A stretch of DNA of 37,481 nt. It comes from a virus. The notes below the pieces were generated by a model. The model made no database searches. It was given only the letters and a program-made list of their open reading frames with translations, and was not told the DNA's origin. The stretch is taken from positions 1 through 37,481 of IMG/VR virus record IMGVR_UViG_3300045988_146796. One strand, written 5' to 3'. Positions 1-8,098 of the stretch are shown in pieces. The position numbers and the translations under genes were made by a program. Position 1 is the stretch's first letter; each line of letters opens with the position of its first letter.

Positions 1-141
1 GTCGGCGGAGGTCGAGAAGATGAACGAGCGCGAGGGCATCTACAACGGCGCGCGCACGATGACGCCGCTCGTCCCCGGCGACACGCACAGAGACGGCACG
101 AAGAAGAAAACGAGCCACGTGCGCAACATCACGTTCGAGAA
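1..141. repeat. Terminal direct repeat copy 1, identical to 37341-37481
   Basis: I compared the two ends base by base: gtcggcggaggtcgagaagatgaacgagcg...cgttcgagaa occurs at both. The repeat lies inside the portal coding sequence. Confidence 0.95.
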
Positions 142-1942
142 CATCGAAAGCCAGGTATCGAGCGCGATTCCGCAGCCGAAGGTGACGCCGCGGCGCAAGA
201 AAGACGAGCACCTCGCAAACGTCATCGAGCATTTTCTGCGAAACGAGCTCGATCGGCTGCCGTTCGAGGCGATCAACGACCTCGCCGAGCGCACGGTGCC
301 CATTCAGGGCGGCGTGGGCTTCCTCGTGGAGTGGGACAACACGAAGCGCACGAGCACGACCGTCGGCGAGGTGAACGTAACACTCGTACACCCGAAGCAG
401 TTCGCGCCGCAGCCGGACGTATACACGTCGATCGCGGACATGGACTACTTCATCGTGAAAGTGCCGACGACGAAGGGCTGCATCGAACGGCGCTACGGCG
501 TGGTGCTTGAGACCGAGGGCGAGAGCGAGCCGGACATTCGCGGCGGCGACGGCTCGACGAGCGAAGAGAACCTGACGCTCTACATGGGCTATGCGCTGAA
601 TGACCACGGCGGCATTGACCGCTACACATGGGTGAACGACACCGAACTTGAGAGCCTTGAGGACTACCAGGCGCGGCGGCAGCCGGTGTGCGAGCGCTGC
701 GGGAAGGTCAAGCCTCTTGCGGGGCAGGAGGTGAACGGCAGCGTTTACGCGGGCGGCGCGTGCCCGTGGTGCGGCGGGAAGAAGTGGGACGAGCGCGTGC
801 AGGACTTTGAAGAGCTGCGCGTGCCGGTGCACAGAAGCGACGGCACGTTCCTTGGCGCCGCGGAGGCGGCGGGAGAGCCGACGAAGATCCCGTTCTATCG
901 CCCGGACTGCTACCCCATCGTATTGCAGCGCAGCGTGAGCGTCTATGGCCAGCTGCTCGGCAACAGTGACGTTGACATGATCCGCGACCAGCAGAACACG
1001 AGCAACCGCATCGAGCAGAAGATCATCGACCGGCTGATGAAGGCCGGCACGCGCATCACGCTGCCGGATCGCGCGGATCTGCGGACGGATCCGGAGGACA
1101 GCGAACGCTGGTACATCGGCAAGCCGAGCGACAAGCAGCTCATCGACGTCTATGACTTCTCGGGCAACTTGCAGTATGAGCTCACCTATCTCTCACAGGT
1201 ATACGAAGAGGCGCGGCAGATCATCGGCATCACGGACAGCTTTCAGGGCAGGCGCGACGCGACGGCGACGAGCGGCAAGGCAAAGGAATTCTCGGCCGCG
1301 CAGGCGGCGGGACGCCTTGAGAGCAAGCGCGTGATGAAGAACGCGGCCTACGCGGAGCTGTTCGAGGTCATGTTCAAGTTCTGGCTCGCCTATTCGGACG
1401 AGCCGCGACCCGTGACCTACAAGGACAGCACGGGCGAAACCGTATACGAGGAATTCAACCGCTACGACTTCCTCGAGCGCGGCGAGGACGGGGAGTGGCA
1501 CTGGAACGACCAGTTCCTTTTCTCGTGCGACACGAGCGCGCCGCTGGCAAGCAACCGCGAGGCCATGTGGCAGGAGACGCGGCAGAACTTGCAGACGGGC
1601 GCATTCGGCGACCAGACGGACATCGAGACGCTCATTCTCTTCTGGGCGAAGATGGAGGAGCTGCACTACCCCGGCGCGGGGCAGACGAAAAAGCATCTGG
1701 AAGAGAAGGCACAGCGCGCGGAAGAAATGCAGCGCATGCAGGCGGAAATGCAACGCATGCAGCAGGAGATGCAGCGAGCGCAGCAGCGGGCACAGGGAAC
1801 GCCGCAGGAAACGCCGGAAGGCGGCGCGGCGGCGGGCGAAGAGCTGCCGCCTGAGGTGCTGGCGGCGGTGGAAGCGCAGGCACAGCAGGACGCGATGCGC
1901 GCCGCGAGCGGGCAGGCGGAAGGCCTTTACACGCCGCAGTAA
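2..1942 (+). CDS. Portal protein, major C-terminal part (the true start is ATG 37258 across the circular junction; about 674 aa in total)
   Basis: The frame is open from base 2, and the track ORF 20..1942 is its internal part. The gene directly follows terL once the genome is circularised. Its size and the acidic, Q/A/E-rich C-terminal tail are typical of portals. It contains a CxxC...CxxC insertion at 689-772. Confidence 0.8.
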   Translation, partial: SAEVEKMNEREGIYNGARTMTPLVPGDTHRDGTKKKTSHVRNITFENIESQVSSAIPQPKVTPRRKKDEHLANVIEHFLRNELDRLPFEAINDLAERTVPIQGGVGFLVEWDNTKRTSTTVGEVNVTLVHPKQFAPQPDVYTSIADMDYFIVKVPTTKGCIERRYGVVLETEGESEPDIRGGDGSTSEENLTLYMGYALNDHGGIDRYTWVNDTELESLEDYQARRQPVCERCGKVKPLAGQEVNGSVYAGGACPWCGGKKWDERVQDFEELRVPVHRSDGTFLGAAEAAGEPTKIPFYRPDCYPIVLQRSVSVYGQLLGNSDVDMIRDQQNTSNRIEQKIIDRLMKAGTRITLPDRADLRTDPEDSERWYIGKPSDKQLIDVYDFSGNLQYELTYLSQVYEEARQIIGITDSFQGRRDATATSGKAKEFSAAQAAGRLESKRVMKNAAYAELFEVMFKFWLAYSDEPRPVTYKDSTGETVYEEFNRYDFLERGEDGEWHWNDQFLFSCDTSAPLASNREAMWQETRQNLQTGAFGDQTDIETLILFWAKMEELHYPGAGQTKKHLEEKAQRAEEMQRMQAEMQRMQQEMQRAQQRAQGTPQETPEGGAAAGEELPPEVLAAVEAQAQQDAMRAASGQAEGLYTPQ

Positions 1943-2008
1943 GAAAGGCTAAAGGCGCGAGAGAGAACGCGCGTAGCACATAATCCCCCCGCAAGGGGGA
2001 CGCCGCAT

Positions 2009-2029
2009 GGCAAGAGCGGGAAAATGCCG
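2009..2029 (+). promoter_or_regulatory. 21-nt repeat copy 1 (GGCAAGAGCGGGAAAATGCCG), upstream of the RBS of the 44-aa gene
   Basis: An exact copy occurs at 2241-2261. Both copies lie about 10-30 nt upstream of a GGAAAGGA(G/A)G Shine-Dalgarno sequence. GGCA...TGCC could form a small stem. Confidence 0.5.
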
Positions 2030-2055
2030 AATCCACGGGAAAGGAGGACGCAAGC

Positions 2056-2190
2056 ATGAGCGAGAAGAGCGGTTACGTCGGCAAAATCAAGAACGGCGGC
2101 ACGCAGGTCGTGAAAGCGCCGAACCAGCAGACCGACGCGAAGAAGGGCACCGTTCACACGGGCAGCGACCTTCGCACGGGCAAGAAGTAA
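2056..2190 (+). CDS. Small Lys/Gly-rich protein of 44 aa (MSEKSGYVGKIKNGGTQVVKAPNQQTDAKKGTVHTGSDLRTGKK), function unknown
   Basis: The ATG lies 7 nt after AAGGAGGA (2041-2048). The ORF is below the track's length cutoff. It sits between portal and scaffold. Confidence 0.55.
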   Translation: MSEKSGYVGKIKNGGTQVVKAPNQQTDAKKGTVHTGSDLRTGKK

Positions 2191-2240
2191 GCAAAGCGGA
2201 AACGCTTTACAGCGCAGCGATGTGAAGCTGCGAATCGCAG

Positions 2241-2261
2241 GGCAAGAGCGGGAAAATGCCG
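2241..2261 (+). promoter_or_regulatory. 21-nt repeat copy 2 (GGCAAGAGCGGGAAAATGCCG), upstream of the scaffold gene RBS
   Basis: It is an exact repeat of 2009-2029 and is followed by GAAAGGAAG and ATG 2277. Confidence 0.5.
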
Positions 2262-2276
2262 GAAAGGAAGAATGAA

Positions 2277-3275
2277 ATGGAATTCACCGAACAGCAGGTT
2301 TACGAAGCGATGGGCATGAGCGCGCCGGAAGAGCCGACACAGCAGCCCACAGGCGGAAACGAGCCGGGCGCCGCCGAACCGGCCGCGGAAGAGACCCACG
2401 GCACGCCGGAAGGCGGCACAGACGGCGGCACGGGCGGCGCGAACGCAGCGGGGACGAACCCCGAAGAAAAAGGCGCGCAGGATCCGAACGCCGAACCGGG
2501 CGGCACGGAAGGCGCAGAAGAAGGCGCTGCGGCGGGCGAGCCGGGCGGCAAGCACGAGCAGACGCCGGACGAGCGCCGCGCCCACGCGGCGGCAAGGCGA
2601 AGAGCCGAGCAGCAGGCAGCAGTGGACGAGGCGCTGAAAAAGCAGAGCGAAAAAACGAGCGCGGAGTGGAAAGCCTTTTTCGAGAAGGCGGGGCTCAAGA
2701 ACACGATGACCGGCGAGCCGATCACGAGCAAGGAAGGCTTCGACGCGTGGCAGAAGGAATACGCGCAGCGAAAGCTCGAGAGCGACCTTGCCGCCGGGAA
2801 GCTGACGCAGGAATCGCTGAACGCAGCCATCAGCGAGAACCCGATCGTCAAGCAGGCGGCGGAGATCGTGGCGGCGCGCGAGCGCGAGCAGGCGGCGGCC
2901 GAAGAGGCGCGCATGCAGCGCGAGATCGACAGCCAGATTGAGAATATCCACGCACTCGAGCCGGAGATCAACGGCGTGGAGGATCTCTTGAAGATCCCGG
3001 AGAGCGAAGACTTCTATGCGCGCGTGAAGAGCGGCGCGTCGTTCTTAGACGCCTACCTTCTCGCGACGCGAGAGCGGCGGGAAAGGGCGCTGGCCGAGGC
3101 CGCAAAGGTGCAGGCGGCGAGCAATGCCCGCGGCAAGGATCACCTGACGGGTTCGGCGGCTTCCAGAGGCGCGGGCGGAAGAGCGGTATCGAGCGACGAG
3201 ATCGCGCAGTTCCGCGTTTTTAACCCCACGGCGACGGAGGCGGAGATCCGCGCTTGGATCGAAAAGCACCAATAA
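2277..3275 (+). CDS. Capsid scaffolding protein (DUF4355-like)
   Basis: The protein has an acidic, low-complexity N-terminus, a long coiled-coil and charged region, and sits between portal and capsid. ATG 2277 has the better spacing from GGAAAGGAAG; the track start at 2256 is an alternative. Confidence 0.65.
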   Translation: MEFTEQQVYEAMGMSAPEEPTQQPTGGNEPGAAEPAAEETHGTPEGGTDGGTGGANAAGTNPEEKGAQDPNAEPGGTEGAEEGAAAGEPGGKHEQTPDERRAHAAARRRAEQQAAVDEALKKQSEKTSAEWKAFFEKAGLKNTMTGEPITSKEGFDAWQKEYAQRKLESDLAAGKLTQESLNAAISENPIVKQAAEIVAAREREQAAAEEARMQREIDSQIENIHALEPEINGVEDLLKIPESEDFYARVKSGASFLDAYLLATRERRERALAEAAKVQAASNARGKDHLTGSAASRGAGGRAVSSDEIAQFRVFNPTATEAEIRAWIEKHQ

Positions 3276-3295
3276 AAAAACGAAGGAGGAACAAC

Positions 3296-3706
3296 ATGTT
3301 TATTCCCATCAAGACGAACGACGGGGCGATGACCCCGTTTGAGTACATGGAGGCGGCTGCCGGCACGTATCAGGTCGGCCAGCTGCTGAACGTGACGGGC
3401 GGCAAGCTCGCCGCCATCGCTGCCGATCAGGCGACCACACCGCCCTACGTGTGCATGCAGAGCGGCACCGTAAAGGCGGGCGAACAGCTCGCGGTGGCGC
3501 GCGTGGGCGAGAAGTACATCTTCGAGACCGAGCTTGCGACGGCTGCGACGGCCGTGACGGTCGGCACCAAGATCCAGGTAGCGAGCGGCGGCCTCAAGGC
3601 GAAGTACGTCACGGGCGCGTCGGACGCAGCGGTGCCCGGCACGTTCGAGGTCGTGAGCCTCGACGGTACGGCGGCAGGCAGCAAAGTGCGCGGCCGCTTT
3701 GTGTAA
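3296..3706 (+). CDS. Putative head decoration or auxiliary capsid protein (DUF2190-like small beta protein)
   Basis: ATG 3296 lies 6 nt after GAAGGAGGA. The 136-aa Gly/Ala/Val-rich protein sits between scaffold and major capsid, which is the usual slot for such proteins. Confidence 0.4.
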   Translation: MFIPIKTNDGAMTPFEYMEAAAGTYQVGQLLNVTGGKLAAIAADQATTPPYVCMQSGTVKAGEQLAVARVGEKYIFETELATAATAVTVGTKIQVASGGLKAKYVTGASDAAVPGTFEVVSLDGTAAGSKVRGRFV

Positions 3707-3736
3707 GAGAAAAAGGGAGAAAGGAGACACAAGTAA

Positions 3737-4735
3737 ATGAACATCATTTTTTCGGAAAGCAGCGGCCTGAACGACAGCATCTATGGCAAGTGCCAGGCAC
3801 CGATCCGCATGTTCCTTGAGAAGCGAGGCGAGGAATTCGAGCAGAACAGCGTGCTCAAGAACCTGTTCTTCATGGGCAAGAGCGGCAACTACGCCGACAT
3901 GATGACCACCATGACGGCGATGAGCGGCTTTGAGCCGGTGGGCGAGAACGGCGCGTACCCTCTGGACGGCATGCAGGAGGGCTACCAGAAGCTCTTAAAG
4001 TACCAGACGTGGAAGGACTCGTTCAGCGTCTCGAAGGAGATGATGGAGGACGGCAAGCTGATGGACATGCGCAAGCAGCCCGCCGCCTTCATGACAAGCT
4101 ACAACCGCACGCGCGAGCTTTTCGGCGCGGCCCTGTACGGCGCGGCGATGAACGGCGCGGGCAGCGTGACCTTCAAGGGTGTCAAGTTCGACCTGACGGG
4201 TGCGGACGGCAGCAACCTGTTTGCAAAGGAGCACGCGCCGAAGGTGAGCGGCGACAAGCAGTGCAACTGCTTCAAGGACGCATTCAGCGTGGACGCGCTC
4301 GGCAAGCTCGAGACCGCGATGCACCTCTTCCGCGGCGACAACGACGAGATCCTCGACGTGGCGCCGGACACGATCCTGATCCCGGAGATCGCGACGCTCA
4401 AGAAGGACGTCTTTGCCGCCATCGGCGCGGACAAGGATCCCGTGAGCGCGAACAACGCCTTCAACTACCAGTATGGCCGCTGGAACGTCATCGTCTGGCC
4501 GTATCTCAACCAGTTCGTGACGAAAAACACAAACCCGTGGGTGCTGCTGGACAGCAAGTACAACGAGACCTACGGCGGCGCGGTATGGAACGACCGCGTG
4601 CAGCTTGAGGTGCGCTCGACCATCGACGAGAACACCGACGCGAACGTGTGGCGCGGCCGCAGCCGCTTCAACGCCGCCTTCAACGACTGGCGCTTTGCCG
4701 CCATCGGCGGCGTGGCAGCCGGCAACGCACTCTAA
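3737..4735 (+). CDS. Major capsid protein (presumably HK97 fold)
   Basis: The 332-aa ORF has a strong RBS (GGGAGAAAGGAGA) and sits after the scaffold and decoration genes. A stable hairpin follows it. The call rests on size, composition and position. Confidence 0.7.
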   Translation: MNIIFSESSGLNDSIYGKCQAPIRMFLEKRGEEFEQNSVLKNLFFMGKSGNYADMMTTMTAMSGFEPVGENGAYPLDGMQEGYQKLLKYQTWKDSFSVSKEMMEDGKLMDMRKQPAAFMTSYNRTRELFGAALYGAAMNGAGSVTFKGVKFDLTGADGSNLFAKEHAPKVSGDKQCNCFKDAFSVDALGKLETAMHLFRGDNDEILDVAPDTILIPEIATLKKDVFAAIGADKDPVSANNAFNYQYGRWNVIVWPYLNQFVTKNTNPWVLLDSKYNETYGGAVWNDRVQLEVRSTIDENTDANVWRGRSRFNAAFNDWRFAAIGGVAAGNAL

Positions 4736-4748
4736 GAAGCATACCCCC

Positions 4749-4782
4749 AGGGCGGGCGTGGGAAATGTCCCGCGCCCGCCCT
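4749..4782 (+). terminator. Strong hairpin after the capsid gene (possible partial terminator or attenuator)
   Basis: AGGGCGGGCG (4749-4758) pairs perfectly with CGCCCGCCCT (4773-4782). The trailing TTATCATT is only weakly U-rich. Confidence 0.45.
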
Positions 4783-4811
4783 TATCATTCCGAAAGAAGG
4801 GAGAGAGGAAC

Positions 4812-5189
4812 GTGACACCGAGAAAGGTGATCCAGCGTGTGGACGAGGCGAAGCCGAACGCCTTCCCCGAGGAAGCAAAGTTTGAGTGGCTCATGGCGCT
4901 TGAGGGCAGGATCGCGGCGGACGTGCTGCTGGCGACGCCGGAGGAGCTGGAAAGGATCATGCGCCGCGGCTTTGCAGACGGCATGGACGAGGAGCTGCTC
5001 GTGAAAGCGCCGCACGACGAGCTCTATGCGCTGTATCTGAAAGCATACATCGACAAGGAGAACGGCGAATACAACCGCTACGCGGATTCAAGCCAGCTCT
5101 ACAACGAGGCCTACGGCAACTTCGTGCGCTACTGGGGCAGAACATACGAGCCGGCGCAGGGCTATGAAAGGGGGTACGAGATCCGATGA
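4812..5189 (+). CDS. Head completion or head-tail adaptor candidate (function assigned by position only)
   Basis: GTG 4812 follows GAAGGGAGAGAGG. The upstream part of track ORF 4605.. overlaps the capsid gene and the hairpin. The 125-aa product lies between the capsid and fibre genes, and its stop overlaps the next start. Confidence 0.35.
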   Translation: MTPRKVIQRVDEAKPNAFPEEAKFEWLMALEGRIAADVLLATPEELERIMRRGFADGMDEELLVKAPHDELYALYLKAYIDKENGEYNRYADSSQLYNEAYGNFVRYWGRTYEPAQGYERGYEIR

Positions 5190-7051
5190 GAACGATCGAG
5201 GTGAAGGAGCTCGCCTATCTGCCGCTGGGCAGGCAGGGCGAGAACAAAGCGCAGAGGATCGTCTGGCCGGGGATCGCGGATTCGTGGGCGCGGCTGTACG
5301 GCGCGGGCGTATTCGCGCTGACGGTGAAGCGGCAGGGCGACGCCATGCCGTACCCCGCGAGCATCACGAGCGAGAACGGCGACGTCATCTGGGTACTCGG
5401 CAGCGCCGACACCGCGCGAGCGGGCGAGGGACTGGCCGAGCTTACTTACACGGTGGACGGCGTGGTCGCCAAGAGCAGAACGTGGCGGACGGTGACGGAG
5501 CCGTCGCTGAGCGCGGACGGGACGACCGAACCGCCGCCTGCGTACAAAAACTGGGTGGACGAGGTGCTCAAGGCCGGGGCGAGCGCGGAGACGGCGGTAT
5601 CGAAGATGCCCTACGTGGACGAGACCACGGGCAACTGGTTCAAGTGGGACGCCACAGCGGGCGCCTTTACCGACACAGGCGTTGCCGCGACCGGCCCGAA
5701 GGGAGATACCGGCCCCAAGGGAGACAAGGGCGAGCAGGGCAAGCGCGGCGTGCAGGGTGAGCGCGGCCCCGTCGGCGCGACCGGCGCGACCGGTGCGCGC
5801 GGCGAGACCGGCCCAAAGGGAGATACCGGCGCAGCTGGTCCCCGAGGGGAGAAGGGAGAAAAAGGCGAGAAGGGAGATCCCTTCACCTATTCGGACTTCA
5901 CGCCTGCACAGCTTGAAGGATTGCGCGGCGAACAAGGCCCCGTCGGCCCCAAGGGAGAGACAGGCGCAACGGGTGCAACCGGCGCGCGCGGTGAGACCGG
6001 CAAGGGCCTCACGGTGCTGAGCTACTACGAGAGCAAGGACGCGCTGGACGCGGCGAAGAAGGCGACGGCAAAGGCGGGCGATGCCTACGGCGTCGGCGCG
6101 GCACAGCCGTATGACATTCACATTTTCGACGGCGAGACCGGCGAATTCATCAACAACGGCCCCTTGCAGGGAGCGAAGGGCGAGACCGGCGAGCGCGGTC
6201 CGCAGGGCATTCAGGGCCCGAAGGGAGACCCCGGCAAGGACGGCGCAAAGGGTGCGGACGGCCTGCCTGGAAAAGACGGCGCAGACGGTGCGCCGGGTAA
6301 GGACGGGACAAACGGACGCGACGGCGTGACGTTTACGCCGAGTATGAGCGCGGCGGGCGATCTCTCGTGGACGAACGACGGCGGCAAGGCGAATCCTGAG
6401 ACCGTGAATCTCAAAGGCCCGAAGGGAGACACGGGCGCGAAAGGCGACCCCGGGGAGAAGGGCGATCCCGGCGAGAAGGGCGCGGACGGCGCTCCCGGCA
6501 AGGACGGAGCCAAGGGAGACAAGGGAGACACAGGCGCGCAGGGCCCACAGGGACTCAAAGGCGACACCGGCGAGCGCGGCCCGCAGGGCTTGCGCGGTCC
6601 GCAAGGCCAAAAGGGCGACACCGGACTGCAAGGCCCGATTGGCCCGCAGGGGCCGAAGGGCGACAAAGGCGACACCGGCCCGGCAGGCCCCGTCAACGTC
6701 CCCGCCACCACCTCTCTCATCAAGGGCAATGGCTCGGGCGGACTGGCCGCGGCGACGGCGGGCACGGACTATGCGCTGCGACCGACCACGCGCAAGGTGA
6801 CGCTGACCGCATCGGGGTGGAACAGCAGCACCAAGCAGCAGACGGTAACGTGCAGCGGCGTGCTCTCGGACGCGACAAAGCAGCTGCTGATCCCCACGCC
6901 CGCGAACACTGCGGCGGGCAATCCCTACGACGAGGCGAGCATTCAGATGGTCGCGCAGGGCGCGAACAGCGTGACGTTCTACGCCGACACCGTGCCGACG
7001 GTGAGCATCGACGTCTATGTGACGATCTACCCCATCAACTATCTCGGGTGA
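5186..7051 (+). CDS. Collagen-like tail fibre protein
   Basis: The 621-aa protein carries four blocks of Gly-X-Y triplets (for example [16 protein letters not shown]...). It has a globular BppU-like N-terminal domain and a beta-rich C-terminal domain. Confidence 0.8.
   Translation: MRTIEVKELAYLPLGRQGENKAQRIVWPGIADSWARLYGAGVFALTVKRQGDAMPYPASITSENGDVIWVLGSADTARAGEGLAELTYTVDGVVAKSRTWRTVTEPSLSADGTTEPPPAYKNWVDEVLKAGASAETAVSKMPYVDETTGNWFKWDATAGAFTDTGVAATGPKGDTGPKGDKGEQGKRGVQGERGPVGATGATGARGETGPKGDTGAAGPRGEKGEKGEKGDPFTYSDFTPAQLEGLRGEQGPVGPKGETGATGATGARGETGKGLTVLSYYESKDALDAAKKATAKAGDAYGVGAAQPYDIHIFDGETGEFINNGPLQGAKGETGERGPQGIQGPKGDPGKDGAKGADGLPGKDGADGAPGKDGTNGRDGVTFTPSMSAAGDLSWTNDGGKANPETVNLKGPKGDTGAKGDPGEKGDPGEKGADGAPGKDGAKGDKGDTGAQGPQGLKGDTGERGPQGLRGPQGQKGDTGLQGPIGPQGPKGDKGDTGPAGPVNVPATTSLIKGNGSGGLAAATAGTDYALRPTTRKVTLTASGWNSSTKQQTVTCSGVLSDATKQLLIPTPANTAAGNPYDEASIQMVAQGANSVTFYADTVPTVSIDVYVTIYPINYLG
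5693..6694 (+). repeat. Collagen-like GXY coding repeats in four blocks (5693-5881, 5918-6007, 6170-6325, 6416-6694)
   Basis: I read the triplet periodicity directly from the translation. The blocks contain 21, 10, about 17 and 31 GXY units. Confidence 0.9.
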
Positions 7052-7063
7052 GGGGGCAAGGAC

Positions 7064-7387
7064 ATGATCTATAACATGAGACGGCGGAAAAAGAAAGTAA
7101 GTCTGAAATGGTATTTCAATTCACGACTAAGAATTCTGGAGAATCGCACATATACTGCAAATTTTACATCTAATGAAAGAACATTTATCGAGCTAATCAC
7201 TAATACATCTTCCTGGTCGGGGGGATTTGCATACGGTTTTTATGCGCATGGTGGCAATAGAAATGATATTGTCTATAGTACCAAGACAAACACATGGAAA
7301 GCCGAAGCGTATCGAACCGTCGAATTTGACGAAGAACCCACCGGCGAACTGCTGGCGTTCCTGCAAGAGAACGCCACGCCGCTATGA
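7064..7387 (+). CDS. Small fibre-adjacent protein, paralogue 1 (107 aa, begins MIYNMRRRKKK)
   Basis: The ATG follows GAGGGGGCAAGG. The region is visibly AT-richer than its flanks. The N-terminus resembles those of the next two genes. Confidence 0.6.
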   Translation: MIYNMRRRKKKVSLKWYFNSRLRILENRTYTANFTSNERTFIELITNTSSWSGGFAYGFYAHGGNRNDIVYSTKTNTWKAEAYRTVEFDEEPTGELLAFLQENATPL

Positions 7388-7424
7388 GAAAGGAGTACAC
7401 TATGAACCTTAGAAACGCCCTCAG

Positions 7425-7442
7425 ATATATATATATATATAT
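7425..7442. repeat. (AT)9 dinucleotide microsatellite
   Basis: The tract atatatatatatatatat was read directly. It lies inside a 15-codon mini-ORF (7402-7449) that is preceded by GAAAGGAG. Confidence 0.95.
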
Positions 7443-7473
7443 CGGCTGAACCTTGCGAAAGCGGGGTGGGAGC

Positions 7474-7761
7474 ATGATCTTCAACCCCGTGAGAAGTGGA
7501 GGAAAGCCGAAGCAAGTGGAAGTCAATTGCAGGCTTGGCAGGCTAATGGCAGGCATGCAGAATGGAGTGGGTATCGGCGTATGGGGGGTAAGCCCTGGGG
7601 ATACATCATTGAGATTCCCGGTCATGCTCGACGCCAACTCAATATGCATTGTTTCCGAAAGTGGCGAAGCGCCCTCTGGATTCGTTGGAATGACGAAGAA
7701 GCATGGGCCTTTTGGTTCAAGCAGCAACAGGTGCGTCATCTGTGTGGTGAACGACGCCTGA
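7474..7761 (+). CDS. Small fibre-adjacent protein, paralogue 2 (95 aa, begins MIFNPVRSGGK)
   Basis: It shares a 33-nt start region (7472-7504) with 7779-7811, with only one mismatch. ATG 7474 is preferred over the track's TTG 7453. Confidence 0.6.
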   Translation: MIFNPVRSGGKPKQVEVNCRLGRLMAGMQNGVGIGVWGVSPGDTSLRFPVMLDANSICIVSESGEAPSGFVGMTKKHGPFGSSSNRCVICVVNDA

Positions 7762-7780
7762 CCCCTAAGGGGGTGACGGC

Positions 7781-8083
7781 ATGATCTTCAATCCCGTGAG
7801 AAGTGGAGGAAGAAAAAGCCAATTTCAGGTGGAGATCACCGGGATAACATCGTCTGCACGTTACGTTATAGTTAATGGCCAAAGGTACAAAGAAAATGCT
7901 ATAGTTGTAGCTCCTAAAAATGCAAACATTACTATAGTAGTATACAGTGGTGATTCTGTGCAATTTAACGGTGTCAACTGTTTTATGAATGTTACGAGCA
8001 ACGATGCACAGTTTGCAGTTCCGTTGCTGACGGATTACAAGATAGAAATCAACTACAGTAAAACAACAATTACATCGGAATAG
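7781..8083 (+). CDS. Small fibre-adjacent protein, paralogue 3 (100 aa, begins MIFNPVRSGGR)
   Basis: The ATG follows AAGGGGGTGA. The gene is low in GC and the product is beta-rich. It shares its N-terminus with paralogue 2. Confidence 0.65.
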   Translation: MIFNPVRSGGRKSQFQVEITGITSSARYVIVNGQRYKENAIVVAPKNANITIVVYSGDSVQFNGVNCFMNVTSNDAQFAVPLLTDYKIEINYSKTTITSE

Positions 8084-8098
8084 CAGAAAGGAGCACAC

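Noticed and set aside
1-141. The terminal repeats as a biological DTR, LTR or insertion-sequence ends.
   Set aside because: The repeat is direct, lies inside the portal coding sequence, and restores a continuous ORF on circularisation. This is the expected signature of a circular contig written linearly.
2007-2225. A 72-aa track ORF (MARAGKCRIHGKGGRKHEREE...).
   Set aside because: The frame is Arg/Glu-rich and has no RBS. The overlapping 2056..2190 frame has a canonical AAGGAGGA-N7-ATG and a plausible small protein.
5162-6631. A 489-aa minus-strand ORF, plus several other alternate-frame ORFs over the fibre gene.
   Set aside because: They mirror the GXY collagen repeat in other frames, giving Ala/Arg/Leu or Pro/Ser/Phe runs. 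The + strand frame has a coherent N-terminal domain, collagen blocks and a C-terminal domain.
7527-7784. An 85-aa alternate-frame ORF over paralogue 2, open from 7413 and ending in an ATGA overlap with the next gene.
   Set aside because: The product is Trp/Arg-rich and looks non-protein-like. The 7474..7761 frame shares its N-terminus (MIFNPVRSGG) with the next gene, which argues that it is the real frame. The alternate frame is kept only as context for the (AT)9 finding.
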